Part shown: positions 18,193-27,705 of the stretch, one piece after another | How the letters are laid out: every line of letters starts with the position of its first letter | Position numbering within the stretch: the first letter of the stretch is position 1 | Assembly (NCBI GenBank): GCA_965250285.1 | Contig: OZ252299.1 | Coordinates: forward strand, 2,720,001-2,784,000 | DNA length: 64,000 bases | From: Myxococcota bacterium | GTDB lineage: Bacteria; Myxococcota_A; UBA9160; UBA4427 | Reading direction: 5' to 3' | The notes under the pieces: model-generated | What the model was told of the DNA's origin: nothing | The model's database searches: none | The model's input: the letters and a program-made list of their open reading frames with translations, nothing else | Program-made: the position numbers and the translations under genes

Positions 18193-19932
18193 TCAGAGAT
18201 CCTGCAGACCCATCCCGGCGTCCTCGCCATACGGATCGTCGTAGCCGGGCGCCGCGGTCTCACCGGGCACGTCGGCCGATCCACCCGTCGAAGTCACGGG
18301 GTCGGCATCGGGTGCCACGCCGTCGGCGGTGCCCACGACGACGGCCTCGGCCGACTCGATCGCGTCGGCCTCCGCGGCACCGGCTTCCACTGCATCGAGC
18401 GCGAGTGCGTCGTTCGCATCGACATCGTCCGCTCCGACCGCATCGATCGCCACCGGCTCGGCTTCCGGTGTCGGCTCGGGCAGAGACAGTCGACCCGACT
18501 CGGCGAGTCGCGCTTCGAAGCGAAGCCCCGCCGCCGGCGCATCGAAGATCACGACCTGGAACGGGAGCTGGCCACCCGCCGGGATCGAAGCCGACTGCAG
18601 CTGCGTCGCGGCCTGCGACCGCACACGCGTGAGCACCTCGGCCGGCAGCTCGCGCAGCTGACGCTCGGACAGCACCCGACCCGCCGAAACGGCCGGCAAG
18701 TCGAGCGGTGATCCCATGCGGTCGAGCAGCGCGATCTCTAGCGGTGCCGGCATCGTGGCCGTGGCGCGAGACGGATTGCGCAGGCCCCCGGTCACGACGA
18801 GCAGGCGACCCGCGCGCGCTGTGTCGAGCCACTGGGCGCGCATGTCGACGGCTTCGAGCGAACCGACGGGCGTCACGCGCTCGCCGGCGACGAACGACTC
18901 GGCGCTGGTCCACAGACCGTTGACGATGCCGAGCGCGAAACCCACGATGACGACCGTCCAACCGACGATGCGGCCGACGCTCTCGGCCAGCAGCGCGATC
19001 CGCCCCTTCTCTGCAAACTCGGCGACCGGGCCGGGGCTCCAGACGTCCGCCGCGTCGGCTCCCGACTGGCCCGGGCCGTCGCCGATGCGGCCGAGCGTGG
19101 CGCCCTGCGTCGGCGGCTCGGCCTCGGGCATCGAGGCGCCATCGAAGAAATCCCACTTCTCCGGGTCACCGAGATCGTCGGCCTGCCCCTCGGCGGCATA
19201 GACCCCCGATGCCTCGGCGGCCTGAGCGCGAAGCTCGTCGGCGGTCTCATCCGCCTCGGGCGCAGCGATCGATTCGAGCGGGTCGTCGTCCATCAGCGAC
19301 GAGAAGTCGTCGACGCTCCCGAACGCCGAGGCGTCGCCGTCCGCGGCGTCGGTATCGAGACCCCCGGGCGGCTCTTCGTCGGCGTCGAGGTCGATCCCTT
19401 CGTCCGACGCGTCGGGCCGGAGACCGGGCGGCGTCGCGTCGACGGCCTCGTCGGCCGGCGGGGTCTCGACGGCGGCAGCCTCCGACGCCGTCTCGAGCGC
19501 CGGTGATGCGTCGGTCGCGGCGTCAGCGACCGCCTCGGGTGTCTCTCCCTCGAGGTCGAGACCCGAAGGCGCATCGCGATCGAAAGCGCTCTCGAAGAAG
19601 TCGCCATCATCCGCGGCCGCGCCATCGTCCTCCGTCGAGGGGATGTCCTGATTGAACTCCCATTCGGCGGCGTCTTCGTTGTTGATCTCGCTGCGTCGAG
19701 CGGCGCGGGGATTGGGATCGGTCTCGGCGAGATCCTCGGTCGGCGGCGGCACCGCGGCGTTCGTCACGGCCTCCTGTGCGACTTCGTCGATGGCCTCGCT
19801 CGCGCTCGCCGAAGGGTGGCCGAGATGAAAGGCGTGCTTGCAGCGGGAGCAGCGCACGCGGATGCCCTTGTTGGGGATCCGCGATTCGTCGAGCTGGAAG
19901 CTGGTGTCGCATTCGGGACAAGTGACGATCAC
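18193..19932 (-). CDS. MJ0042-type zinc-ribbon membrane protein with an acidic linker and a DUF3426-like C-terminal domain
   Basis: VIVTCPECDTSFQLDESRIPNKGIRVRCSRCKHAF; long D/E/A-rich linker; one TM segment (IVGWTVVIVGFALGIV); LLVVTGGLRN. Confidence 0.8.
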   Translation of the reverse strand: MIVTCPECDTSFQLDESRIPNKGIRVRCSRCKHAFHLGHPSASASEAIDEVAQEAVTNAAVPPPTEDLAETDPNPRAARRSEINNEDAAEWEFNQDIPSTEDDGAAADDGDFFESAFDRDAPSGLDLEGETPEAVADAATDASPALETASEAAAVETPPADEAVDATPPGLRPDASDEGIDLDADEEPPGGLDTDAADGDASAFGSVDDFSSLMDDDPLESIAAPEADETADELRAQAAEASGVYAAEGQADDLGDPEKWDFFDGASMPEAEPPTQGATLGRIGDGPGQSGADAADVWSPGPVAEFAEKGRIALLAESVGRIVGWTVVIVGFALGIVNGLWTSAESFVAGERVTPVGSLEAVDMRAQWLDTARAGRLLVVTGGLRNPSRATATMPAPLEIALLDRMGSPLDLPAVSAGRVLSERQLRELPAEVLTRVRSQAATQLQSASIPAGGQLPFQVVIFDAPAAGLRFEARLAESGRLSLPEPTPEAEPVAIDAVGADDVDANDALALDAVEAGAAEADAIESAEAVVVGTADGVAPDADPVTSTGGSADVPGETAAPGYDDPYGEDAGMGLQDL

Positions 19933-20248
19933 GGGTGAAGCTCTCCGGGCCTCGCGCCGACGAACGAGTTCGCGGCGGCGCTGTGCTAGCGTCGTGGGTG
20001 CGCGGGCACACGCGACCTCGACTGACGTTTCGGATTTCACCCGGCCCCGCTTGAGAATGGCCCGGCTGGTTGCGCGCAGGATCGACGGCGCCTCTCGGGG
20101 TCGATCGGCGCCGATCGGGGTCGATTCAGCGGCGCGCGGGTCAGGCGACGGGACGCGCAGGACACGGACGCGCAGAACGAAGACGAACCCGGGCCGCGAA
20201 CGACTCGCCCGGGTGGCTCGCGACTCGACTGCTCTCGGATGCATTCCG

Positions 20249-21232
20249 ATGACGTTGCAACCATCCGGCCTCGCCGATCGGCGCCTCGTCTTCGTCACGG
20301 GCAAGGGCGGGACGGGCAAGACCACCGTCGCCGCGGCGCTGGCACTCGGACTCGCCGAGCGGGGGCAGCGCGTGCTGCTCGCCGAGCTCGGTCGCGAGGC
20401 CCAGGCACCGCGCATGCTCTCGGACCGAGCACCGATCGTCGGAGCCGAGCCCGTGCGGATCGCGGGTGGACTCGACTCGATCCGCATCGATCCGTTCGCC
20501 GCCCTCGCCGAGTATCTCGAGCTGCAGGGGATCGCCGGCTCACTGCTTGCGCGTGGCCTGCGCCAGCGCGGCCTGCGCGACCTGCTGGTCGGCACGCCCG
20601 GCTGGCGTGAGCTGATCACGCTCGGAAAGCTCTGGTACATGGCGGGCGGCGATGCGCCCGACGACCCGGGCCGTCGCGACTACGACCGCATCGTGATCGA
20701 CGCGCCCGCGACCGGCCACGGGCTCACCCTGCTCGACGTGCCGCGAGTCGTGCAGTCGGCGGTGCGCAGCGGACCGCTCGCGCACAACGCAGCGCGGGTC
20801 GAAACGATGCTCCTCGACGCGAAGCAGACGGTGCTGCTCCCGGTGTGCTGGCCCGAGGCCCTGCCGGTGCAGGAGACGATCGAGCTCGTCGATCGCATCG
20901 AGCGGGGCATCGGCATTCACGTCGACCGCGTCGTCGTGAACGGCGTCGCCACGCCGAGCCCGGTCGATCCATGGCCCGACCTGGCCGACACCCTCGCCGG
21001 GCTCGAGCCGAACCCACCGTGCAAACCGGCAGCGAGCACGCTGGCGGGCTGCGTGCGCTGGGCGCAGAACCGCTCGGCCGCCCAGCGCGCCGCGCTCGAC
21101 GACCTCGCCGCGCGGCTCGACAAGCCGCACGTCGCCCTGCCCCAGTGGCCCGATGCGGCCGGACCGGGCGAGGCCCCCGATCTCGATCGCTTGCGCGCCT
21201 TCGCGGAGCGTCTGCTCGGGGGCGACGCATGA
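20249..21232 (+). CDS. ArsA/Get3-family ATPase, subunit 1
   Basis: FVTGKGGTGKTT, PGWRELITLGK, IDAPATGHG. Confidence 0.88.
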   Translation: MTLQPSGLADRRLVFVTGKGGTGKTTVAAALALGLAERGQRVLLAELGREAQAPRMLSDRAPIVGAEPVRIAGGLDSIRIDPFAALAEYLELQGIAGSLLARGLRQRGLRDLLVGTPGWRELITLGKLWYMAGGDAPDDPGRRDYDRIVIDAPATGHGLTLLDVPRVVQSAVRSGPLAHNAARVETMLLDAKQTVLLPVCWPEALPVQETIELVDRIERGIGIHVDRVVVNGVATPSPVDPWPDLADTLAGLEPNPPCKPAASTLAGCVRWAQNRSAAQRAALDDLAARLDKPHVALPQWPDAAGPGEAPDLDRLRAFAERLLGGDA

Positions 21233-22428
21233 ATGCCGTTTCGCTCCCGCGATTGCTCGACGAGCGCCGCATCATCGTATGCGTCGGCACCGGCGGCGTC
21301 GGCAAGACGACCGTGTCGTCGGCGATCGCGATCGCCGCCGCGAAGCGGGGCCGGCGCGCGCTGGTGCTCACGATCGACCCGGCTCGTCGACTCGCCGATG
21401 CACTCGGGCTCGATGCGCTCGGCGCCGAGCCAGAACGCATCGCCACCGCACGCGAGCGCGCCTATGGCATCGAGGGCGAAGGCGCGCTGTCGGCGATGAT
21501 GCTCGACATGAAGGGCACGTTCGATCAGCTGATCGAGCGTCTCTGCCCCGACCTCGAGACGCGTCGTCGGATCCTCGAGAACCCGCTCTACCAGCACATC
21601 TCGGACGCGCTCGCCGGCAGCGTCGAGTACGCGGCCATGGAGAAGGTGCACGAGCTCGCCCAGAGCGACGCGTTCGATCTGATCGTCGTTGATACGCCTC
21701 CGGCGCAACACGCCCTCGACTTCCTCGATGCGCCCGAGCGACTCGTCACGCTGCTCGACAGCTCGCTCGTGCGGCTGCTGGTCCAGCCGGCGTTCTCGGC
21801 CGGCCGATTCGGCCTGCGCTTCTTCTCGAGCGCGGCCGAGCGCACGCTCGGGCTCGTCGCGCGGCTGTCCGGCGTATCTCTGCTCAAGGAGATCAGCGAG
21901 CTGCTGCTTTCGATCGACTCGCTGTCGGAGGGCTTCAAGGATCGCGCCCGCGCCGTACAGGGCCTGCTTCGCAGCCCGGGCACCGCGTTCCTGCTCGTGG
22001 CCAGCCCGTCCCCGGCGACCGCATCCCAGGCGTTCGAGCTGATCGACGGCCTCGAGCGATCGGGCATCGACCTCGCGGGCATCGTCGTCAATCGGGTGCA
22101 CGCGCCGCTCGGGCCCGCCGGCGACAGCGACGCATCCGCTGATGCCCTCGTCGACGTCGAGGCGGACGCGCCCGCGTGGGCCGAGCACTTGCGCGCGAAC
22201 GGTGTCGAGCGGCCCGAGGCCGCGGCGCGCGCGGCGCTCGACGTCACCCAGGAGTACGCTCTGCAAATGGAGGCCGATCGACGCCAGACCGAAGCGATTC
22301 GTCGCGCTTCGACACGCACGGAACGGGCCGTCACGACGCTGCCCGCGGTGTTCGACCGCGGCGACGAGGCAGCGGCGCTGCGCACGCTCGCGACGCGCCT
22401 GGTGCCGCCTTCGATGGAGGATGCGTGA
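21229..22428 (+). CDS. ArsA/Get3-family ATPase, subunit 2
   Basis: CVGTGGVGKTT, TIDPARRLADALG, EYAAMEK, VDTPPAQHALDFLDAPERL; ATGA overlap with subunit 1. Confidence 0.9.
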   Translation: MNAVSLPRLLDERRIIVCVGTGGVGKTTVSSAIAIAAAKRGRRALVLTIDPARRLADALGLDALGAEPERIATARERAYGIEGEGALSAMMLDMKGTFDQLIERLCPDLETRRRILENPLYQHISDALAGSVEYAAMEKVHELAQSDAFDLIVVDTPPAQHALDFLDAPERLVTLLDSSLVRLLVQPAFSAGRFGLRFFSSAAERTLGLVARLSGVSLLKEISELLLSIDSLSEGFKDRARAVQGLLRSPGTAFLLVASPSPATASQAFELIDGLERSGIDLAGIVVNRVHAPLGPAGDSDASADALVDVEADAPAWAEHLRANGVERPEAAARAALDVTQEYALQMEADRRQTEAIRRASTRTERAVTTLPAVFDRGDEAAALRTLATRLVPPSMEDA

Positions 22429-23057
22429 TGTCGAAGGCCCGTGACGCCGACGCACGCCGCGGCGAAGCGCGTTCCGAAGCGCGGCCGCAGAGCGTCGAAG
22501 AAGCACTCGCGCTTGCGCTGCGACATGGCCGCAACGCCATCGCCGAGGCGATTCTCGCCGGCCGCGCCCTGCTCGACGCCGCGGCCCTCGGACTGACCGG
22601 GCACCCGGTCACGAGCGAAGGCGACGCCGCCCCCGCCAACGACGCGGTGCGGGCGCTCGCGCGGGCGGTCGAAGGCCTCGAAACGCTGGCGACCCGGCTC
22701 CGCGCCGACGACCCGGAGGCGACGCAACGGCTCGTCGACGCGCTGCTCGCCGCCCTCGAGACCGAGATCGAACGGTGGGAGGGGCGCGCCCACAGCGACC
22801 CCGATGCGCGCGCGGTCCTGCGCGCGTTTCTCGGCCTGCGCGAGCTGCTGTGGGAGCTGGGCCTGCGTCCGCGCCCGAAGCGCGACGCGAGCGACCAGGC
22901 AGCGGCCGGCCCCTCGAAGCGCGAGGCGGCCGCCGCGTCGACGCCGCCCCGCACTCGGGCGAGATCGACGCGCGCCGAGCCGAAGCGAGCACAGTCGCCT
23001 GCGTCGAAGTCACCGCGGCGCGGGCAACGCGTACAGCGCGTCGACATCGAACCTTGA
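22428..23057 (+). CDS. Hypothetical helical protein with a basic low-complexity C-terminal tail
   Basis: TGATG coupling to the ArsA gene with a GGAGG RBS; Ala/Leu-rich helices; R/K/S/P/A-rich tail. Confidence 0.65.
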   Translation: MSKARDADARRGEARSEARPQSVEEALALALRHGRNAIAEAILAGRALLDAAALGLTGHPVTSEGDAAPANDAVRALARAVEGLETLATRLRADDPEATQRLVDALLAALETEIERWEGRAHSDPDARAVLRAFLGLRELLWELGLRPRPKRDASDQAAAGPSKREAAAASTPPRTRARSTRAEPKRAQSPASKSPRRGQRVQRVDIEP

Positions 23058-23231
23058 GTGACAGCCTGACCGCAATTGGACGTCGGCGGGCGTAGGCGCC
23101 GCCCGTCGGGGCTGCGCCCGATCGAGCGCGCGTGCTAGCTTGCGCGCCGTCTGCTGCGGTCATGAATCCGCACCGAATGGCGATGCGTTCGAGACGTCCC
23201 GTCTTTCGAAGCCATCGCAGAGGGCGCGACG

Positions 23232-23825
23232 ATGGCCATCCTGATCAAGCGCTACGCGAATCGCAAGCTCTACAACACGGCGACGAGCCGGTATATCACG
23301 CTCAAGGGCATCGCCGAACTGCTCGATGCCGGCGAAGAAGTGCAGGTCGTCGACAACGAGACGGGCGAGGACATCACCTCGGTCGCGCTCTCGCAGATCC
23401 TCGTCGACAGCGAGCGTTCGAACAAACAGCCCTCCGACACCCTGCTCTCTCAGATCCTCGGTCGCGGCGGCGATGTGCTCTACGGCGCGCTCAAGCGCGG
23501 CGTCGACGACGCGGCGGAAGGCATCGACGAGGTGCGGGACCGCGTGCGCAAGGCGATGCAGCGTGAAGGCGTGGGCGAAGGCGGCCCCTTCGGCGATTGG
23601 CTGGGCGTCAGCCGCGCCGACTTCGAGAAGATGCTGCAGTCGTCGATGGAGCGCGTCTTCCAGGTGCTCGACCTGCCGCGTCGTTCCGATCTCGATGCGC
23701 TGAATCAGAATCTCGAGCGCGTCGCCAAGGCGGTCGAAAAGCTCGAGCAGGTGTATGGCGAGCAGCGACGTCGCACAGACGGCGACGTCGGCTCGACCGG
23801 CCCCACGAGCGAACACGCCGAGTAG
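23232..23825 (+). CDS. phaR: PHA-synthesis regulator PhaR-type DNA-binding protein with a phasin-like C-terminus
   Basis: IKRYANRKLYNTATSRYITL...VQVVDNETGEDITSVALSQI; C-terminal LDLPRRSDLDALNQNLERV. Confidence 0.8.
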   Translation: MAILIKRYANRKLYNTATSRYITLKGIAELLDAGEEVQVVDNETGEDITSVALSQILVDSERSNKQPSDTLLSQILGRGGDVLYGALKRGVDDAAEGIDEVRDRVRKAMQREGVGEGGPFGDWLGVSRADFEKMLQSSMERVFQVLDLPRRSDLDALNQNLERVAKAVEKLEQVYGEQRRRTDGDVGSTGPTSEHAE

Positions 23826-23906
23826 CCCGCTGGCTCACCCAGCTGCGGCCGCGGTGCGGGCGCGAGGCCTCGCGCGGGCGTCGTTTCTCGGCGCCCCCTT
23901 GCAGGC

Positions 23907-24956
23907 TCAGCTCCAGACTGAATCGCGGCGCCGTAGCCCTTCGTCGACGAGCTCCTGGATCTGCTCACGCACCGTTTCGTTCAGTCGAGACAGCAAGAGT
24001 GGATCGCAGCGGTCGCCGCCGTCTTCGAGGTTCGTCGGCTCGCCGAAGTTCACGACCCACTTGGTCGGCAGCGGCAGGGCCCCGAGCGGGCCCGCGAGCG
24101 GGAACGTCGGGGTGACGGGGAGAAAGGGCAGACCGAAGAGCCGCGCCGGCAGACGCGACTTGAAGAGAATCGGGTGCGCCTCCTCCGGGCCGACCAGCCC
24201 GACGGGCACGAGCGGCACGCCGTTCTCGATCGCGGCGCGAACCGCCCCCCCGCGACCGAAGCGCTGCATCTGATACCGGAGCCGAAAGACCTTCGCGGCC
24301 CCCTTCTCGCCTTCGGGAAAAGCGATCACCGAGTGCCCACTGCGCAGCAGCCCGTCGGCATTCTCGCGGCAGGCCCGCAGGCCGCCCCAGCGCGCCAGCG
24401 TCGACTGCACGAAGGGCAGCGTGATCAGCCAATCGGCGACGAGGAAGCGAGGACGCGAGAAGCCGGCGCGCTCGAGCAGCCGAGTCAACACGATGCCGTC
24501 ATAGGGCAACAGCCCGGAACGGTTCGCAACGAAGAGACACGGCTGGTCGCGCGGCACGTGCTCGAGACCGTGGACGTCGACGCGCCAGTAGCGGTCGATG
24601 AGGAAGTCGACGAGGGGCTCGAGTGCGGCCACGGCGTCGGGCTCGAATCCGTAGTCGTCGACCTCGCCGGTCTGCTCGCGAATGCCGATCGTCTGGGCGC
24701 GGCGACGCAGCTCGTCGAAGAGGGCCAGCAGATCGATCCCGTCCTCCGCGGCCGCGACGCGGCGCGCGTCCTCGGGATGGAGCCGCGTGCGGATCTCGAC
24801 ACGCAGTTCGTCGAGCGCCTCCTTCAATGCTTCGATCGACTCGCGTTCCGCCAACTCGAGCGGATCGAGCGTCTCGCGATCGGCCACCGGCAGCGGCACG
24901 ACGTTCGACGCCGCCGCACCTCCGTCCCGTTCGTCTCGGTCGCCGCGATCGCTCAT
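23907..24956 (-). CDS. Lysophospholipid acyltransferase (PlsC-like) family protein
   Basis: RYWRVDVHGLEHVP, VANRSGLLPYDG, FPEG, VPLVPVG, PLPTKWVVNFGEP. Confidence 0.82.
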   Translation of the reverse strand: MSDRGDRDERDGGAAASNVVPLPVADRETLDPLELAERESIEALKEALDELRVEIRTRLHPEDARRVAAAEDGIDLLALFDELRRRAQTIGIREQTGEVDDYGFEPDAVAALEPLVDFLIDRYWRVDVHGLEHVPRDQPCLFVANRSGLLPYDGIVLTRLLERAGFSRPRFLVADWLITLPFVQSTLARWGGLRACRENADGLLRSGHSVIAFPEGEKGAAKVFRLRYQMQRFGRGGAVRAAIENGVPLVPVGLVGPEEAHPILFKSRLPARLFGLPFLPVTPTFPLAGPLGALPLPTKWVVNFGEPTNLEDGGDRCDPLLLSRLNETVREQIQELVDEGLRRRDSVWS

Positions 24957-24987
24957 CGCACCGTCCCTCTCGATCGATGCGCCCCCG

Positions 24988-25956
24988 TCATGCGTACTGC
25001 CGCATGCGGGCGGCGCCGGTGAACGCGGTCCACGCCTCTCGGGTCGTGTACGTCGGTACGCCGAACTCGTCCCACGCGCGCTGGCCGTCCGCCACCCAGA
25101 GGTAACGCAGGTAGTCGAAGAACCCGGCGGGACCGTCGCCGCGCATGCCGCGGCTCGGATAGTCCGCCAGGCGATACAGCAGCCCCGGTGGCAGCTGGAG
25201 CCGGCGCTTTCCGGCCAGCGAGAGGATCGTCGAGAGCGGCAGCACGCCCGGACCGACGACGTTGAAGACACCATGCGCCTCGCCGAGCACCGCGCGCTCG
25301 AACACGTCGAGCAGGTCGAACTCGTGGATGAACTGCATCAGCGGATCGCCGCCGAGCACGACCGGCACGACTTGATTCTCGAAGTACTCGACGACATGGT
25401 CGCGATACGAGGGCCCCATCACCCAGCAGTGTCGGAGCACGCAGACCCGCTCCTCGCCATGATCGCGCGCAAAGCTCGCAATCATCTCCTCGACCTCGCG
25501 TCGGTTCTCGACCGAGTGCGCATCGGGATGACCTCGCAGCGGTGCGTCCTCTCCCAGATAGTTGGGATTGTCGGGCGCGGGGCCGTAGACCATCGTCGAC
25601 GACTGCACGACGACACGAGGTACGCCGGCGGCGGCGATCGCGTTCAGTAGATGATGCGTGCCGACTGCCTCGAGGTCGTGGCTCGCCTCGACATCGGGCT
25701 TCGGGGACTGCTCGAACGCCAGATGCACGACGACGTCGACGCCCTCGGCTCGGAGCACTTCGGCCAGCTCGGCGTCGGCGACGGGATGCGTCAGATCGAT
25801 CGGATGGAAGGCGATGCGACCCGCGAGACGCAGCGGCCGTTCGACGTCGAGGCCGACGATGCGCGGCGGGTCGGAGCGAGCGAGCAGCCGCTCGGCGAGG
25901 CTCTCGCCCATGAAGGTGTCGAGCCCGGTCAGCGCGACACAGCGCGGTGATGCCAT
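24988..25956 (-). CDS. NAD-dependent epimerase/dehydratase (extended SDR) family protein
   Basis: VALTGLDTFMG, DVVVHLAF, SSTMVYG, DPLMQFIHEFD, GVFNVVGPG. Confidence 0.82.
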   Translation of the reverse strand: MASPRCVALTGLDTFMGESLAERLLARSDPPRIVGLDVERPLRLAGRIAFHPIDLTHPVADAELAEVLRAEGVDVVVHLAFEQSPKPDVEASHDLEAVGTHHLLNAIAAAGVPRVVVQSSTMVYGPAPDNPNYLGEDAPLRGHPDAHSVENRREVEEMIASFARDHGEERVCVLRHCWVMGPSYRDHVVEYFENQVVPVVLGGDPLMQFIHEFDLLDVFERAVLGEAHGVFNVVGPGVLPLSTILSLAGKRRLQLPPGLLYRLADYPSRGMRGDGPAGFFDYLRYLWVADGQRAWDEFGVPTYTTREAWTAFTGAARMRQYA

Positions 25957-26100
25957 CGGGGGCCTCCGGCACGCAGGAGCGCGTACGCCGTCCCATGATC
26001 GCAGCTCACGCGGCACCGCGCAGCCGTGAGGGCCCGGGCGCATCCGACGAATCGACCCCGCGCGTTCAGGATCGGCCCGCACGGGCGGTATCCTCCCGAC

Positions 26101-27168
26101 ATGCCTCCGACCGAATTCGACGCGCCGCTCCTCGTCATCGAAGATCCCACCTTCCTCGAGCACCTCGGTCCCGACGGCCATCCGGAGCGCCCGGCCCGGC
26201 TCGAGGCGGTCGGCCAGGCGATCGCCGGCTTCGAAGATCAGATCGCGCGGCTCGCGCCGCGGGCGGCCGACGAATCCGAGCTGCTCGCGATCCACGATCG
26301 CCCCCACCTGCAGCGCATCGACGCGGCCGTGGCCCAGGCCCCTGCCCGGCTCGACGCCGATACCTTCGTCAGCGCGCGCAGCGCCGAGGTCGCGAAGCTC
26401 GCAGCCGGCTCGGCGATCGACCTGGCGCTGGCGTCGAGCCGAGCGGGGGCCGGCGTCGGCATCGCCGCCGTCCGCCCGCCAGGTCACCACGCCGAGGGCG
26501 ACCAGGCGATGGGGTTCTGCCTCTACAACAACGTCGCGGTCGCGGCGCGCGCCCTGCAGCGGACCGCCGGGCTCGAGAAGATCCTGATCCTCGACTGGGA
26601 CGTGCACCACGGCAACGGCACTCAGCACTCCTTCGACGACGACCCGAGCGTCCTCTACTTCTCGACGCACCAGTTCCCGTACTACCCCGGGACGGGCGAC
26701 GTCCACGAAGCCGGTCGCGGCGCCGGCCTGGGCACCACCGTGAACGTGCCGATGCCCGCGGGCTGCGGCGATGCGGAGTACATCGGCGTGATGCAGCGCG
26801 TGCTCGTCCCGGTGGCGCGCTCGTTCGACCCCGACATGATCCTCGTGTCGTGCGGCTTCGACGCTCACGTCGACGATCCGCTCGCGTCGATGGACGTCAC
26901 CGCTCAGGGCTACTTCGAGATGACCCACATCGTGCGCGCCCTGGCCGACGAGCTCTGCGGCGGACGACTGTGCTTCGTGCTCGAAGGCGGCTACGCGCTC
27001 ACGGGACTGGCCGCCGGCACCACCGCCACGCTGGGCGCCCTCACGCGCGCCGAGTCCGGGCCCGCGCTCGCGCCGATCGAGCTCGAGCCGGGCAGCCTGC
27101 TGAAGGGCATCGTCGATCGCGTAGCGAGCGTGCACGCATCGACGCACTCGGGCATCGGCATCGCCTGA
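26101..27168 (+). CDS. Histone deacetylase family (Zn-dependent) deacylase
   Basis: HPERPARL, RPPGHHA, MGFCLYNN, DWDVHHGNGTQ, GFDAH, LEGGY. Confidence 0.93.
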   Translation: MPPTEFDAPLLVIEDPTFLEHLGPDGHPERPARLEAVGQAIAGFEDQIARLAPRAADESELLAIHDRPHLQRIDAAVAQAPARLDADTFVSARSAEVAKLAAGSAIDLALASSRAGAGVGIAAVRPPGHHAEGDQAMGFCLYNNVAVAARALQRTAGLEKILILDWDVHHGNGTQHSFDDDPSVLYFSTHQFPYYPGTGDVHEAGRGAGLGTTVNVPMPAGCGDAEYIGVMQRVLVPVARSFDPDMILVSCGFDAHVDDPLASMDVTAQGYFEMTHIVRALADELCGGRLCFVLEGGYALTGLAAGTTATLGALTRAESGPALAPIELEPGSLLKGIVDRVASVHASTHSGIGIA

Positions 27169-27492
27169 TCGAGGGCTCACCCCCACGCCAAGATCAAAAC
27201 TCTACGCAGTGCAGTGACGGGTTCCCCGAGCTTGGGATCTCATCCCACCGCATGGGCCACCGCCCCACCCTTCTCTATTCACAGGCCGTCGGTCGATCGC
27301 AATGGGCTGCGCTCTTTCGCAGAAGGCCGCGAGAGGCGCCGTCGGGGCCTTCCACGAGTGTTTCACGAATCAGTCACAGTCATTGCACAACATCGTTTTA
27401 CCCATGAGCCCGTTCGATCGCGCGCCCTTCCACGACGCGATTGCGACAATGGAGCGACCGACTTGATTCGTTCGGGGCTTTTTTCGAGGCGC

Positions 27493-27548
27493 GTGGCAAA
27501 AAGTGGTACGCCAGACTATGCAAGTGGGATGAAGTGGTATAGGGTGGG
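27493..27548 (+). promoter_or_regulatory. dcw promoter region with MraZ-binding GTGG direct repeats
   Basis: GTGG at 27493, 27503, 27524, 27534 and 27544 (10-bp period) overlapping the possible extended -10 TGGTATAGG. Confidence 0.7.
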
Positions 27549-27705
27549 ATCGTTGTCGAACGGAGCCCACGCGAAACCACCGGGCACGAAGGCAACAGGG
27601 GGCGAGCCGAGCGGCGCAGCAGCGCAACCGAAGGCTCGTATGAGGTTGGGGTCAGCTCGAGACAGTGCGGGGTGAGCGGCCGGTCAGACGGAGCGAGAGA
27701 GCGAC

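Noticed and set aside
20058..20073. Sigma54 promoter TGGCCCG...TTGC upstream of the ArsA pair
   Set aside because: GG to GC spacing is 11 nt, not the required 10
20249..22428. Arsenic resistance operon
   Set aside because: No arsR/B/C/D genes and no metalloid-binding Cys/His motifs; the pair fits the Get3-like class
27560..27640. c-di-GMP-I riboswitch-like words (GCGAAA...GGGCACGAAGGCAACAGGG) in the mraZ leader
   Set aside because: The arms flanking the GAAA do not pair and the second stem is missing
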